A DNA stretch of 64,000 bases from a virus. Made by a program: the position numbers and the translations under genes. The notes under the pieces were generated by a model. That model made no database searches. It had not been told where the DNA came from and was given only the letters and a program-made list of their open reading frames with translations. Below, piece after piece: positions 53,169 through 62,745 of this stretch (position 1 is the first letter of the stretch; every line of letters starts with the position of its first letter). Location: the IMG/VR virus record IMGVR_UViG_3300028920_000029, positions 64,001 through 128,000 of that record; one strand, given 5' to 3'.

Positions 53169-53879
53169 TTACTTACCGTCAGTTAACAGCTTAGATTTTT
53201 CGCTTACTTCTTTACTTGCCTGGTCAAGAATACCAAGAACTTTCTTACCCTGTTCAGACGCCATAAGGGCTTTCTTGGTGAGATTAGTTTTCATCTTCTT
53301 GATCTGTGCAGGCAGCTCCTCAATCCTGTTACCGATATCCATAATCTTCTTGGATATCTCATTCTGCTGTTTCTTGTATTTGTTGAGCTCTTTGAGCTGT
53401 TTCTTGATGAGCGCAGGAGAAACATCAAGGTCAACCTTAAGGTTATTCTCCCTGATGTTATCATTCCCGTCGTATCTGGTAATCATTCTGGTTCTTTTGT
53501 TCTGTACGTTGAAGTAAACCTGAACCTCACCGACAACGTTTGTAAAGTCTGCGCCGACACCATGACGGTCTACCTTACCGAGTGCGCAGTGTGCATCACA
53601 AAAGTAATACAAGGGAGTAGCCGCACCACCGAGGATTGCGCTGATGTTGGAGATAATAGGCTTGCATACTGTGTTAGCCCATTTCGTTACCTCTTCCTTG
53701 TGCTTTGCCTTAACAGCTTTAACCACCTCACGTAAGTCTGCGTTTTCCTTCTTGGCGGCCGCATACTCAGCGGCAAGCTCTTCTCTGACTTGGTCTTCGT
53801 ACACCTCAACCAGTTCGTGCTTACTGACTTTCATTTCTACAAGCTCAGTAAGGTCCGTGCCGAGAACTTTCTCACTCAT
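53169..53879 (-). CDS. Coiled-coil hypothetical protein
   Basis: GGAGGTG RBS; 236-aa ORF. Confidence 0.65.
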   Translation of the reverse strand: MSEKVLGTDLTELVEMKVSKHELVEVYEDQVREELAAEYAAAKKENADLREVVKAVKAKHKEEVTKWANTVCKPIISNISAILGGAATPLYYFCDAHCALGKVDRHGVGADFTNVVGEVQVYFNVQNKRTRMITRYDGNDNIRENNLKVDLDVSPALIKKQLKELNKYKKQQNEISKKIMDIGNRIEELPAQIKKMKTNLTKKALMASEQGKKVLGILDQASKEVSEKSKLLTDGK

Positions 53880-54075
53880 AACTTCACCTCCATAATAAGA
53901 TTGGTGTTAGTCTTCTTCCCATTCGTCCTTTGTTTCCTCCTCGCCGTTAACTCCTACCTCCGTAGCGATGTAGTTCCATAATGCTTTGCCTTCGTACTGG
54001 CTTTCGGGGAATGATCCGTATGCCTCGTCATACTCCCTGCATATCTGTTTAACTTTCTCTATAGGCACTTCCATC

Positions 54076-54243
54076 TTAATACCTCCAGACGTCTATGATG
54101 CCCCGCACTGCTATATAGTAACAGGGCACACAGACCAGCAGTCGTATGAGTATCCCCATACCTATCTTCTTCATTGATACCCAAAGCCCCATGGTACAAG
54201 CGAACAGGGCTATCAGTAAGAACGTTACTACTAATGGATTCAT
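54076..54243 (-). CDS. Small two-TM membrane protein (paralog of 54249..54422)
   Basis: Starts MNPLVVTFLL; shares a 19-bp start junction with its paralog. Confidence 0.6.
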   Translation of the reverse strand: MNPLVVTFLLIALFACTMGLWVSMKKIGMGILIRLLVCVPCYYIAVRGIIDVWRY

Positions 54244-54248
54244 AGTAC

Positions 54249-54422
54249 TCACCCCCAAAGTAGGATTATGCTCCTGCCTAAGATAAAGAAGGCAAGGTAA
54301 CATGCAATTCTATACATAGTTCTTTCAAGTACATCATCAACTTTAGTTTCTGTTAACCACATCAAGCACACAACCACTGCCAAAGCACAACCCAGTAACA
54401 CTGTCATAACGATTGGATTCAT
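54249..54422 (-). CDS. Small two-TM membrane protein
   Basis: Starts MNPIVMTVLL; GGAGGTGA RBS. Confidence 0.6.
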   Translation of the reverse strand: MNPIVMTVLLGCALAVVVCLMWLTETKVDDVLERTMYRIACYLAFFILGRSIILLWG

Positions 54423-54628
54423 AGTACTCACCTCCTATTAGTTTATAAGTCCGAGGGAGCCTAAGCTCCCTCATACTACCAAAGGCTAGACATCTTCATA
54501 GTAACACCTCCTTAGTATTATTTTATTTATTATTTATTTTATTGTCGAGCACAAGAATATTGTAGAGTACTACAGTACTAGGGGGTATACCTATGCTCGG
54601 TGCCCCCAGGGTGAAAATCACCTTCTCT

Positions 54629-54964
54629 CCCGATACCTAGGCTTCTAGGCTTCTAGGCTTCTAGGCTTCTAGACTTCTAATACTCCCGATACCTAGGCTT
54701 CTAGGCTTCTAGGCTTCTAGACTTCTAATACTCCCGATACCTAGGCTTCTAGGCTTCTAGGCTTCTAGACTTCTAGACTTCTAATACTCCCGATACCTAG
54801 GCTTCTAGTACTCTCGATACCTAGGCTTCTAGGCTTCTAGTACTCTCGATACCTAGGCTTCTAGGCTTCTAGTACTCTCGATACCTAGGCTTCTAGGCTT
54901 CTAGTACTCCCGATACCTAGGCTTCTAGGCTTCTAGTACTCCCGATACCTAGGCTTCTAGACTA
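54629..54964. repeat. Array of 42 in-phase octamers
   Basis: Nine units of C(C/T)CGATAC-(CTAGGCTT)1-4-(CTAGACTT)0-2-CTA(A/G)TACT, the last ending in the variant CTAGACTA; 336 bp with 8-bp phase kept throughout. Confidence 0.95.
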
Positions 54965-55158
54965 CCCGTTGGATACCCAACGCGCGGACTTAAGGTACCC
55001 CTCTTTCCCTATGGATATATCTTGGGTCCCCAGAAGGACTAAAAAATTTCCCTGGTATTTTTTGGGGATTGCTTGACAATATAAGGTATAATTTGGATAA
55101 ATAAGGCTATCTGGGATGTTACCTCTATTTAGGAGGCGATCGTTGATTCTAGGGGGTG

Positions 55159-55599
55159 TTACGGCTTAAATGGGGCTATTCTGAACAGCTTATGGACTAT
55201 ACTAAATATAGTACGTACTAGGTTACTAAGTAAGCGGTGTGATTTAAGTACTATACCATACCACCATGGGAATAACAAAAGACCTTTGGCTACGGGGTAA
55301 ACATAAGAATGATAGGTTTCTACTCTTGGTTTATATCTTTTATAAACCTTAACTAATCTATATAACTCACTCTCTGGAATCCTACCATTTTGGAAGTCTG
55401 AGCACCCCCAATCTCTTATATTGGAGAATATATACTCAATACATGTAACTGTATACCTCTTGTATATTATCTTTATAGGAGTGGCCGTGTGATGCCTGTG
55501 TATTACGTTATTTTCTTCCAGCCACTTCTTTAGTACTGTCATTATAGTTACGTTGTGGCACTTCCTTATTTTCTTCCAATCCTTAACTAGGTCCATCAT
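55159..55599 (-). CDS. Hypothetical protein (family B)
   Basis: MDLVKDWKKIRKCH; YKRYKP; start overlaps the upstream stop (ATGA). Confidence 0.65.
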   Translation of the reverse strand: MMDLVKDWKKIRKCHNVTIMTVLKKWLEENNVIHRHHTATPIKIIYKRYTVTCIEYIFSNIRDWGCSDFQNGRIPESELYRLVKVYKRYKPRVETYHSYVYPVAKGLLLFPWWYGIVLKSHRLLSNLVRTIFSIVHKLFRIAPFKP

Positions 55600-56039
55600 T
55601 TCTTGTTTTCCTGAAACCATATGAAAGCCGTGCTGGTAAACAATCTTATCAGTCCTACAAGCGCACGCGCATACCACGGTATAACCGATATCCAAATAAC
55701 TGTTTCTGTAATAGCTGTGACTTTTGGTTTATACTTTTTATAAGCTGTGGCTACCTGCCACCAAACATCGTCCTCGACATCTCTCATGCTCATATCTATT
55801 CTATTTTGTCTGTTAAACAAATTATAGCGTGCTCGGTCGTAGTCTATGAATATATTGTTGTAACTCGTGCGCCTTCGAAAAAGTGTTAGGATTTCACATC
55901 TCCAGGGGGTTAATTTGCTGCAATATTCCACCTGATGATACTGCCTAATCCCAATTCTAAGTATACTCTTTCGTAATATTGTTATGATCGTTACTATATG
56001 GCACTTCCTTATTTTCTTCCAATCCTTAACTAGGTCCAT
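55596..56039 (-). CDS. Hypothetical protein (family B)
   Basis: First 41 bp identical to the paralog (55556-55596 vs 55999-56039). Confidence 0.7.
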   Translation of the reverse strand: MDLVKDWKKIRKCHIVTIITILRKSILRIGIRQYHQVEYCSKLTPWRCEILTLFRRRTSYNNIFIDYDRARYNLFNRQNRIDMSMRDVEDDVWWQVATAYKKYKPKVTAITETVIWISVIPWYARALVGLIRLFTSTAFIWFQENKK

Positions 56040-56065
56040 AGGTTCCTTCCTTTCTTAGTATCGGC

Positions 56066-56437
56066 TTAAACTGGGATGCCGTGGAGGACTCTCCAAAAGG
56101 TATCGTCTTTATTGCTAGTAGTTACTGAGGTTAGGATAAAGGGCCTTCCATAGTTATTTAATAACCACTCTCTTACCTCGTCTCTAGTTGTGCAGGCTAT
56201 TTCAGCCCTATAGTTATTGCGTATATAATTAAGATGATAATGTAGATATTTTTCGTCTACAACAGTAATGTATGTGGTATCATAGTCCACCAGATTGTGC
56301 AGCAAGACTTCTAAAGCGGTCACCGATACCCCTTTCTTTGGATATATACAGGCTGTCCAGGTCCCTAACGGAATCGCCTTAAATAGCCCAAAGTCTTTTT
56401 CCTTTATTGGGTTCTTGGTTTTCATGGGCCTACTCAC
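56066..56437 (-). CDS. Hypothetical protein (family A)
   Basis: PKKGVSVTAL..WLLNNYG. Confidence 0.65.
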   Translation of the reverse strand: MSRPMKTKNPIKEKDFGLFKAIPLGTWTACIYPKKGVSVTALEVLLHNLVDYDTTYITVVDEKYLHYHLNYIRNNYRAEIACTTRDEVREWLLNNYGRPFILTSVTTSNKDDTFWRVLHGIPV

Positions 56438-56733
56438 TCTCCCTGTGATTTGATAATATCTTTTATTTCAATTAATGCTTCCTGTTGAATTATCTCTACT
56501 GTTCCAGTATGTTGGTCTATTGTATCACACATAAACTGACACTTTCTTAATGCCTCTTTTATATCCTCAATAACCTTGCCTCGCTGAGATGCTAACTTTA
56601 TTAAATATCTTAATGACATATCACTTCCACAATCCTCACACTCATATACAGGAATAGTAACCACTGCGCCTTCATAATATTTCATTTTACCATTACATTT
56701 AGGACACTTCATTTTACTCCTCCTTTATTTTTT

Positions 56734-56805
56734 TTAATACGGCCACGACCCCGAACTCGACCACGACCACGCCATTGACCTACCATAAATATTTAAATAT
56801 ATCAT
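56734..56805 (-). CDS. 23-aa Ser/Trp-rich micropeptide
   Basis: MIYLNIYGRSMAWSWSSSGSWPY*; AAGGAGGAGTGA RBS. Confidence 0.45.
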   Translation of the reverse strand: MIYLNIYGRSMAWSWSSSGSWPY

Positions 56806-57668
56806 TTCACTCCTCCTTATTCCTGATAGGACACGTGTCATAATTACACTTATGCCCGTCATTATCTTTATGCTTACATATTACATTTTCAGGCATTCCA
56901 CTTGTGTCTATTACATATTTTCTATGTTGACAATTCTTTTGCCAGTTCTCCCACATATCCTTACTCCCCTGTTCGTATGCCTTATTCTTTTCTGCTTCCA
57001 TTTCTTCTTCAATACTTTCTGCCTCATCAAAACTTCCTGCATACTTTAATCGCCTTTTACAATTTTCTATTTCTTCTTTTATTTCTTTTTTATCCATATC
57101 ACTCACTCTCCTTTATTGTTAGGTTTAAATTGTCTGCAATACTTACCGCCCTCTAAAACTCTCCCCATTTGAGGTATTGGAGCCTTACACCCAAAAGTCT
57201 TTCTCGTGCCAGCCGCGATCCTTAATCCTGACGCCTTAAAAGCTTTGGACGCCTCGTTAGTAATCGTATACCTCCCTCTATAAAAGTATCTGCACTTTGC
57301 GCACCTGCTCATTTTTTAACTCCCTCATCTATTAAAGTCGCACCTAGGGCCGCTAAAACAAAAAACGGTCCGAAACCTATTACTACCATACCTACCAAAC
57401 TTCCAAATACTTTTGTAATATACCAAAATTGGGCGAAAAAATTGCACGGGTTTTCTGGCTGCTCTATAGCCATAATCGGCGCTTGGTGGTTACTGTTATA
57501 ACACTCCATGGCTGTCGCAAAACTTATTACGTATACTATACCCAGTATACAAACTAAAACTCCTAAAACAATCTTTGTTATATTCATATCTTCTCCTTTA
57601 GTTTAAGTGACACGTCTCAACCTACAGCACGTGGAGCAGTCGAACGCGACCATGTTTAACGAGGTCAA

Positions 57669-58415
57669 TCACTCCCCGCCACGTTTACGGTGGGAAATCC
57701 CACACGTGGCACTTTTAGTTTTTTCTTCCCGCAAAGCCTTAGTACAATGATGCTGCAAGTTTGACGGAGACACGTTGTATATAACACTTAACTCCGCCCA
57801 CGTTAATTTCTTTCGCAGCATCATTATATTTTTCGTGTCTTCCATCGATATTTTTGGTATACGTTTTACTCCGTAATCGCGCAAAGCCTGTCTTACCCGC
57901 TGCTCCGACCTAGATAGCTTATCCGCCGTTTCTCTTATAGATAGCCCCGCATTGTGTGCTCTTAAAATCTCTTTATCTATTTCCTTTCCTTGCTCCACTT
58001 TTATGTTCTTTTGTACAGAATAGTGCGTTCTGTGTGTCCACGATACTACGGATTCTGGAAGCCTTAGCTTTTTGCCTATCTCCTTAAATGATATGTTATT
58101 CTTTCTATAGGTGTCTATTACCTCCGCTCTTTTACTAAGCGACGAGGTTTTCTCTATGGAAGATTTGTACCATAAAGTAGCTGCGGCTTTGGGACCGTAT
58201 TTGTTAAGTAATGTTTTGTATTTCGGTTTTTCTTTAGCGATGTATCTTAGCAACTCCTTAAGGTATTCTTTGTTTTTACTAGGCTTCGCTTTAACGAAGT
58301 GTACCTTCATTGTTGACCTACACGTTTTAGTTTTTTCTTCTGCAGCTCTATGGGTACTACCATTAGCCAACAACGTCACCCATCTATCTAAAAGTCTTTC
58401 CCTGTGTTTAGTCAT
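57669..58415 (-). CDS. Multi-HTH DNA-binding protein
   Basis: ISFKEIGKKLRLPESVV, LSIRETADKLSRSEQRVR, LTWAELSVIYNVSPSNL. Confidence 0.75.
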   Translation of the reverse strand: MTKHRERLLDRWVTLLANGSTHRAAEEKTKTCRSTMKVHFVKAKPSKNKEYLKELLRYIAKEKPKYKTLLNKYGPKAAATLWYKSSIEKTSSLSKRAEVIDTYRKNNISFKEIGKKLRLPESVVSWTHRTHYSVQKNIKVEQGKEIDKEILRAHNAGLSIRETADKLSRSEQRVRQALRDYGVKRIPKISMEDTKNIMMLRKKLTWAELSVIYNVSPSNLQHHCTKALREEKTKSATCGISHRKRGGE

Positions 58416-59288
58416 AACCCCTACCTCTGTTGAGGAGATATAGCAAACGTTGCCACGTCCCCTTGTATACTATTACTTACCCTTGTTTTTTCTCCGTGAG
58501 ATATCTTTGCTTTTCTCTCTATACTCTCCACTATCTTTACCCACGTACTAATATGCTTTACGGAATCTTTCGGTTGTATGAGTATTTTAAACCCTAATGT
58601 GTACGCGTCTGCTTGGTACGCTAAAGACGTAATAAACTCTTTTAAAGGTATTAAAGTTATTACGTCATGTATTACTCCTATGTTAATAAATACCTTACAA
58701 TCTCCTTCCTCTAACCTGGATAAGTAATCATATAACCCTTCTTCCGTTAACATTTCACTTCTCCTTTGGTAATATAAATGTTGGAAGGCCTTCCTTTTTT
58801 AAACGAATTTCTATTTGCTTCCATTGGTCTTTCACCTTTTGTATATCTTCTGGCCCATCACCATCGTATATAGGTAATTTTCATCACACTCAGACCATTC
58901 ATAAAACTTAAGTTCTCTCATAGTTCACTCTCCCTTGTTTATTAAACATTCTATTAGTGCTACTATTAATGCTACTATTAGTAAAGTTGCGAAAACTGCT
59001 AGTCCTGCTGCTATATGGCAATCACCTTCCATTGTTATCACTCCTCCTTATCTGTACTTGGATATAATCTTAAACACTGCTTTGTTAAACTCTTCTGATG
59101 TCATACTTAAATTGGGTTCTTGATATAGTTCCTCAATCTCTTTAATAACTTTAGATAGCCTTGCTTTGTATCTTTTCTTACACTTATCCCAACCCTCTTT
59201 ATACCCATCTTTATAACTGTCACCTTCTTCAAATATTACTCCTGAAATTTCCTTAGTCATTACTCCTCCTTTTCTACCCCACTGTATC

Positions 59289-59750
59289 CTATGTGTCGTC
59301 TTTTGGATCCTTTGGGTTTACTGGTCTCCAAGAAAAGAACCTATCCCATATTCTAATATACATATCTATAAAGAAGTTTGTCGGTTGACCTACTAGGTCG
59401 AAGGTTTCTATGTACTTGGTAGGTGAATACCTGGTTATTGGTCTTTTCTTCTTATAGGTTTTTGCAACAGTATACCAAGCTAACTCAGGTATTTCTCCCG
59501 CTCTGGACGTAGGATACGACCAAATTTTATTAAATCTGTAATTTACTTGTAGCGCTATTCCTCGGTTTTTGTTGCTTAACGTTTCTAAAAACAGTATCTG
59601 TATAGTGGGTCCGAACTTTAGTGTACACGATATTTTTCTGTAGCCATTTGTGTCCTTAGCATGTAGCCATCTCTTTAAAAGCGCCATAACAGTAATAGTG
59701 CTCATCTTCCTTATCCTCTTCCAATCTTTAACTAAGTCTATTCCTGCCAT
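59289..59750 (-). CDS. Hypothetical protein (family B)
   Basis: IDLVKDWKRIRK..IPE..YKKKRP. Confidence 0.7.
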   Translation of the reverse strand: MAGIDLVKDWKRIRKMSTITVMALLKRWLHAKDTNGYRKISCTLKFGPTIQILFLETLSNKNRGIALQVNYRFNKIWSYPTSRAGEIPELAWYTVAKTYKKKRPITRYSPTKYIETFDLVGQPTNFFIDMYIRIWDRFFSWRPVNPKDPKDDT

Positions 59751-60085
59751 GGAAACACTTCCTTTCTCTCACACAGGTCTAAGTATGACTTCAGTAAATC
59801 GATATTCCACACACACGCATGTATTTCTTTACCTGGGTTCTTAAGTATGTATGATGCTATGCTATCCCTAGTATTGTACTCGGTTAGGTTCCCATCCCCG
59901 TTTATATTATATAACTGTGCTCCTGAAAAAACTTTTAATATATTAGCCGCTATAGCAGTGGCTGATAAGCCTTTCTTAGGAATTATTACCATGCGCTCGT
60001 CTAATCCAGCCTCCAAATAAAAAAACTTGTGCTCATACTTGCAGCTAGTATGCCTATTAAATATGTCCCTCCAACTATTGTTCAT
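59738..60085 (-). CDS. Hypothetical protein (family A)
   Basis: PKKGLSATAI..ILKNPGKE. Confidence 0.65.
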   Translation of the reverse strand: MNNSWRDIFNRHTSCKYEHKFFYLEAGLDERMVIIPKKGLSATAIAANILKVFSGAQLYNINGDGNLTEYNTRDSIASYILKNPGKEIHACVWNIDLLKSYLDLCERKEVFPWQE

Positions 60086-60593
60086 CGTTATTCCCCTTAG
60101 GCTCTCGCGGCCAAAGACCGAGTTTAGTTTTTATCACATACCATACCCGCATTATTGCTATCCGTATCTTAACGACTATCCCCATAAACATAAGTATTGG
60201 ATACGTTTTAAATTGGGCTATAGTTAGTGTTATTATCCTGCCGCTGCCATCGTTATGCGTTAGAATATTATTCTTTTCGATACGCATCGTCGGCTTATAC
60301 TTTTTATACCTTAAGGCCATAGTATATAAATCTTCCTCCGTCGATTCTTCTGACGGTACCGCCATGCGTCCTCCGCTAAAGTCATACCACGATGTTGTAA
60401 CGTATACACTACCGTCATCCCGCAAACTAAAGAATAGGGTAGTTCTTTTTACTTTAAATGGCTTCTCAAGTTCTGCTACTGTTATTTGGTAATATATAAT
60501 ATTATCGGACTTCTTTACCCACCGAAGCATTAGCTTCATTATAGTTATAACGCTGTATTTTTTAATTATGTTGTAATCTTTTATTAAGTCCAT
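60075..60593 (-). CDS. Hypothetical protein (family B)
   Basis: MDLIKDYNIIKK..YKKYKP. Confidence 0.65.
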   Translation of the reverse strand: MDLIKDYNIIKKYSVITIMKLMLRWVKKSDNIIYYQITVAELEKPFKVKRTTLFFSLRDDGSVYVTTSWYDFSGGRMAVPSEESTEEDLYTMALRYKKYKPTMRIEKNNILTHNDGSGRIITLTIAQFKTYPILMFMGIVVKIRIAIMRVWYVIKTKLGLWPREPKGNNDEQ

Positions 60594-60929
60594 TTATTCC
60601 TCACTAACAATTTTTGCGAAGAAAGGCTCCCCTGGATTATCTAGTAGCCACTCCTTAAACTCATCTTCGCTAGTAAAATACTCTTCATCTTTCGCCCCTT
60701 TGATGGCGGCGCTCTTTATTATAAAAATTTGGTGTGGGTGCGACTTCTTTATATCGGCCACCGCAGCCGTTATGCTTACGCCTTCCTTTATAGTAAATTT
60801 TACTATGGAGGCAAATGTGCCATTACCATACTTAGCCGTCAGTATATTTGCCCTTCCTTCTCCCAGGTACTCCATAGTGTGATATCTATAGGCTAATATC
60901 TTCCTGGCAAACTTAAAGTTTAAGGCCAC
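60594..60929 (-). CDS. Hypothetical protein (family A)
   Basis: KEGVSITAA..WLLDNPGE. Confidence 0.65.
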   Translation of the reverse strand: MALNFKFARKILAYRYHTMEYLGEGRANILTAKYGNGTFASIVKFTIKEGVSITAAVADIKKSHPHQIFIIKSAAIKGAKDEEYFTSEDEFKEWLLDNPGEPFFAKIVSEE

Positions 60930-60939
60930 CTTTACCTCC

Positions 60940-61233
60940 TTATTTTATATCCAAATAGTTTTCACTAAAACGGCTACTAACGGCTATTCTAAATGTTGGG
61001 GGCTTTTTGTTTCGATCTTTATAATGTATATACCACCTACAAAATACATCTGGTGTACGGAATTGACTGGTATCTTTATAAGGCATCCAAAAATTATATC
61101 GCTTATCAAGATACTTAAGTAGCGCAGTTATACTAACCGTTGGCTTTGGGGTTACCTCATATATACTGTTGACTGTTGACGGTCCACCTCCCCTAAAATC
61201 AACTGTACAAATAATATTATCTTCTTCTATCAT
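60940..61233 (-). CDS. Hypothetical protein (family A)
   Basis: VTPKPTVSITALL. Confidence 0.6.
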   Translation of the reverse strand: MIEEDNIICTVDFRGGGPSTVNSIYEVTPKPTVSITALLKYLDKRYNFWMPYKDTSQFRTPDVFCRWYIHYKDRNKKPPTFRIAVSSRFSENYLDIK

Positions 61234-61426
61234 CTTTGAGCCTTATTCTTTGGCCATCGGTTAGGTTTTTCGTCTTGGTTAATTTCTACTGACGGACCTG
61301 GTATACCATCCTCAACTTTTACGTGAACGGGGCACCCAAAATGCCAATACACCTTAACGGGCCTTGTTGGATCCTGAACCCAATAGCCTCCAGGATACTC
61401 TTCTTCTATACTTTTAGGTAGCTTAC

Positions 61427-61744
61427 TCATTGTTTCCTCCTAGGTATTGCTTGATTAGGTTGAATAGTAAAGTTTCCTCCAGAAGCACAAAGATCTTTTA
61501 CGGTAGTGACTCTAAATTCTTTACCAGGGTTATCCAGTAGCCAGCGCTTAAACGTATTTGGGTTGGGTTTTAACACTAACCTACCCTCAATCGACTCAGC
61601 AAACGTCTTGTTTAATTCCGCTAATACTGCGGTTGCCGACGGGGTTCCTAGTGGTGTTATTTTCCACCTACGCTCACCAAGCCAACTGCCCACACCGTCG
61701 TCTGTTATTTCCTCAGTCTTAAATATTTTACTCACTGAACACAC
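61427..61744 (-). CDS. Hypothetical protein (family A)
   Basis: ITPLGTPSATAVL..WLLDNPGKE. Confidence 0.65.
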   Translation of the reverse strand: MCSVSKIFKTEEITDDGVGSWLGERRWKITPLGTPSATAVLAELNKTFAESIEGRLVLKPNPNTFKRWLLDNPGKEFRVTTVKDLCASGGNFTIQPNQAIPRRKQ

Positions 61745-61905
61745 CTTCCGACTCTATTGGTTCTATGATAGATAGCTGACTTATTTTGTTCTCCAGATTT
61801 TCTACCCTATCCTCAAGTCGCTTAAACTTATCAGTTGTAACTACCATAAACGCTATCATCACTGCCATAAACAGCGTTATCACAACGGACTCAACCTTAT
61901 CCATA

Positions 61906-62436
61906 TTACTCACTCTCCTTTAATATTTTAATACCATATTTTAATATCTTTAACCTCATTTTATTTTTTGCATAAGCAGCATCATAAGCAGCATCATAAG
62001 CAGCATAAGCAGCATCATAAGCAGCATCATAAGCAGCATCATAAGCAGCAGCATAAGCAGCATCATAAGCAACAGTATAAGCAGAATAAGCAGTAGTATA
62101 AGCAGTAGTATAAGCAGCATAAGCAGCCTTTTTATTTTTTTGTGTAGGATTTTTTATACATTTTTTTGCTGCCTCTATTGCTTTTCTCGGTCTATCGTCA
62201 CTCGGATATTTCTTTTCAAAAATATCTATTACTTGTTCTGCTGCATATACAGCATAAGATACATATTGCTTATATTCCATTACCCTAACAATTAACCAAT
62301 TAGCCCAGTCTAAATGCTTCTCTTTTATTAACTTCTTTACAACCTTTAATCCGTCTATCTCTTCCTGTTTGGTAAACCACTCAATACCCTCACTACAAGC
62401 ATCCTTTTCTTCTAACCATTTAACTGTTATATCCAT
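61906..62436 (-). CDS. Imm5-like protein with AAYD repeats
   Basis: YAVYAAEQV..DDRPRKAIEAAK motif followed by 9/12-bp tandem repeats (61971-62128). Confidence 0.6.
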   Translation of the reverse strand: MDITVKWLEEKDACSEGIEWFTKQEEIDGLKVVKKLIKEKHLDWANWLIVRVMEYKQYVSYAVYAAEQVIDIFEKKYPSDDRPRKAIEAAKKCIKNPTQKNKKAAYAAYTTAYTTAYSAYTVAYDAAYAAAYDAAYDAAYDAAYAAYDAAYDAAYAKNKMRLKILKYGIKILKESE

Positions 62437-62641
62437 ATTACACCTCCTTAATGTGTTATTATTACATCATCTTTGCATTTATGAAAAATTTTAAAAAGAA
62501 TCCACATACCAACAGCTCCTAGACCAAGACCACAATAAAAAATAGAAACTGCAAAAATAATAATGTCTACTTCTGTAAAAGTGCTTGGGACCATTATAAC
62601 CTTATCCTCTAACATATTACTCACTCTCCTTTAATTATTTT

Positions 62642-62745
62642 AGGGCTGTGGTGTGTCCTAAACCCCTACGAGTTTAGTCTGCCCTTTGCAATAGGGCTTT
62701 GGCTTTACACATATTTCAGATACCCACACCACATTTAAGCACCCT
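62642..62745 (-). ncRNA. Candidate multi-branch (cloverleaf-like) RNA
   Basis: 9-bp closing stem TGTGGTGTG/CACACCACA enclosing two clear hairpins; no credible ORF. Confidence 0.55.

Noticed and set aside
54629-54964. CRISPR array
   Set aside because: No unique spacers, units are built from octamers, and there are no cas genes.
55073-55092. Plus-strand TTGACA...TATAAT promoter
   Set aside because: The hexamers are perfect but only 8 bp apart, too short to function as a sigma70 promoter.
55556-56039. Diversity-generating retroelement TR/VR pair
   Set aside because: The repeat is exact and N-terminal, shows no adenine-specific differences, and no reverse transcriptase is in the window.
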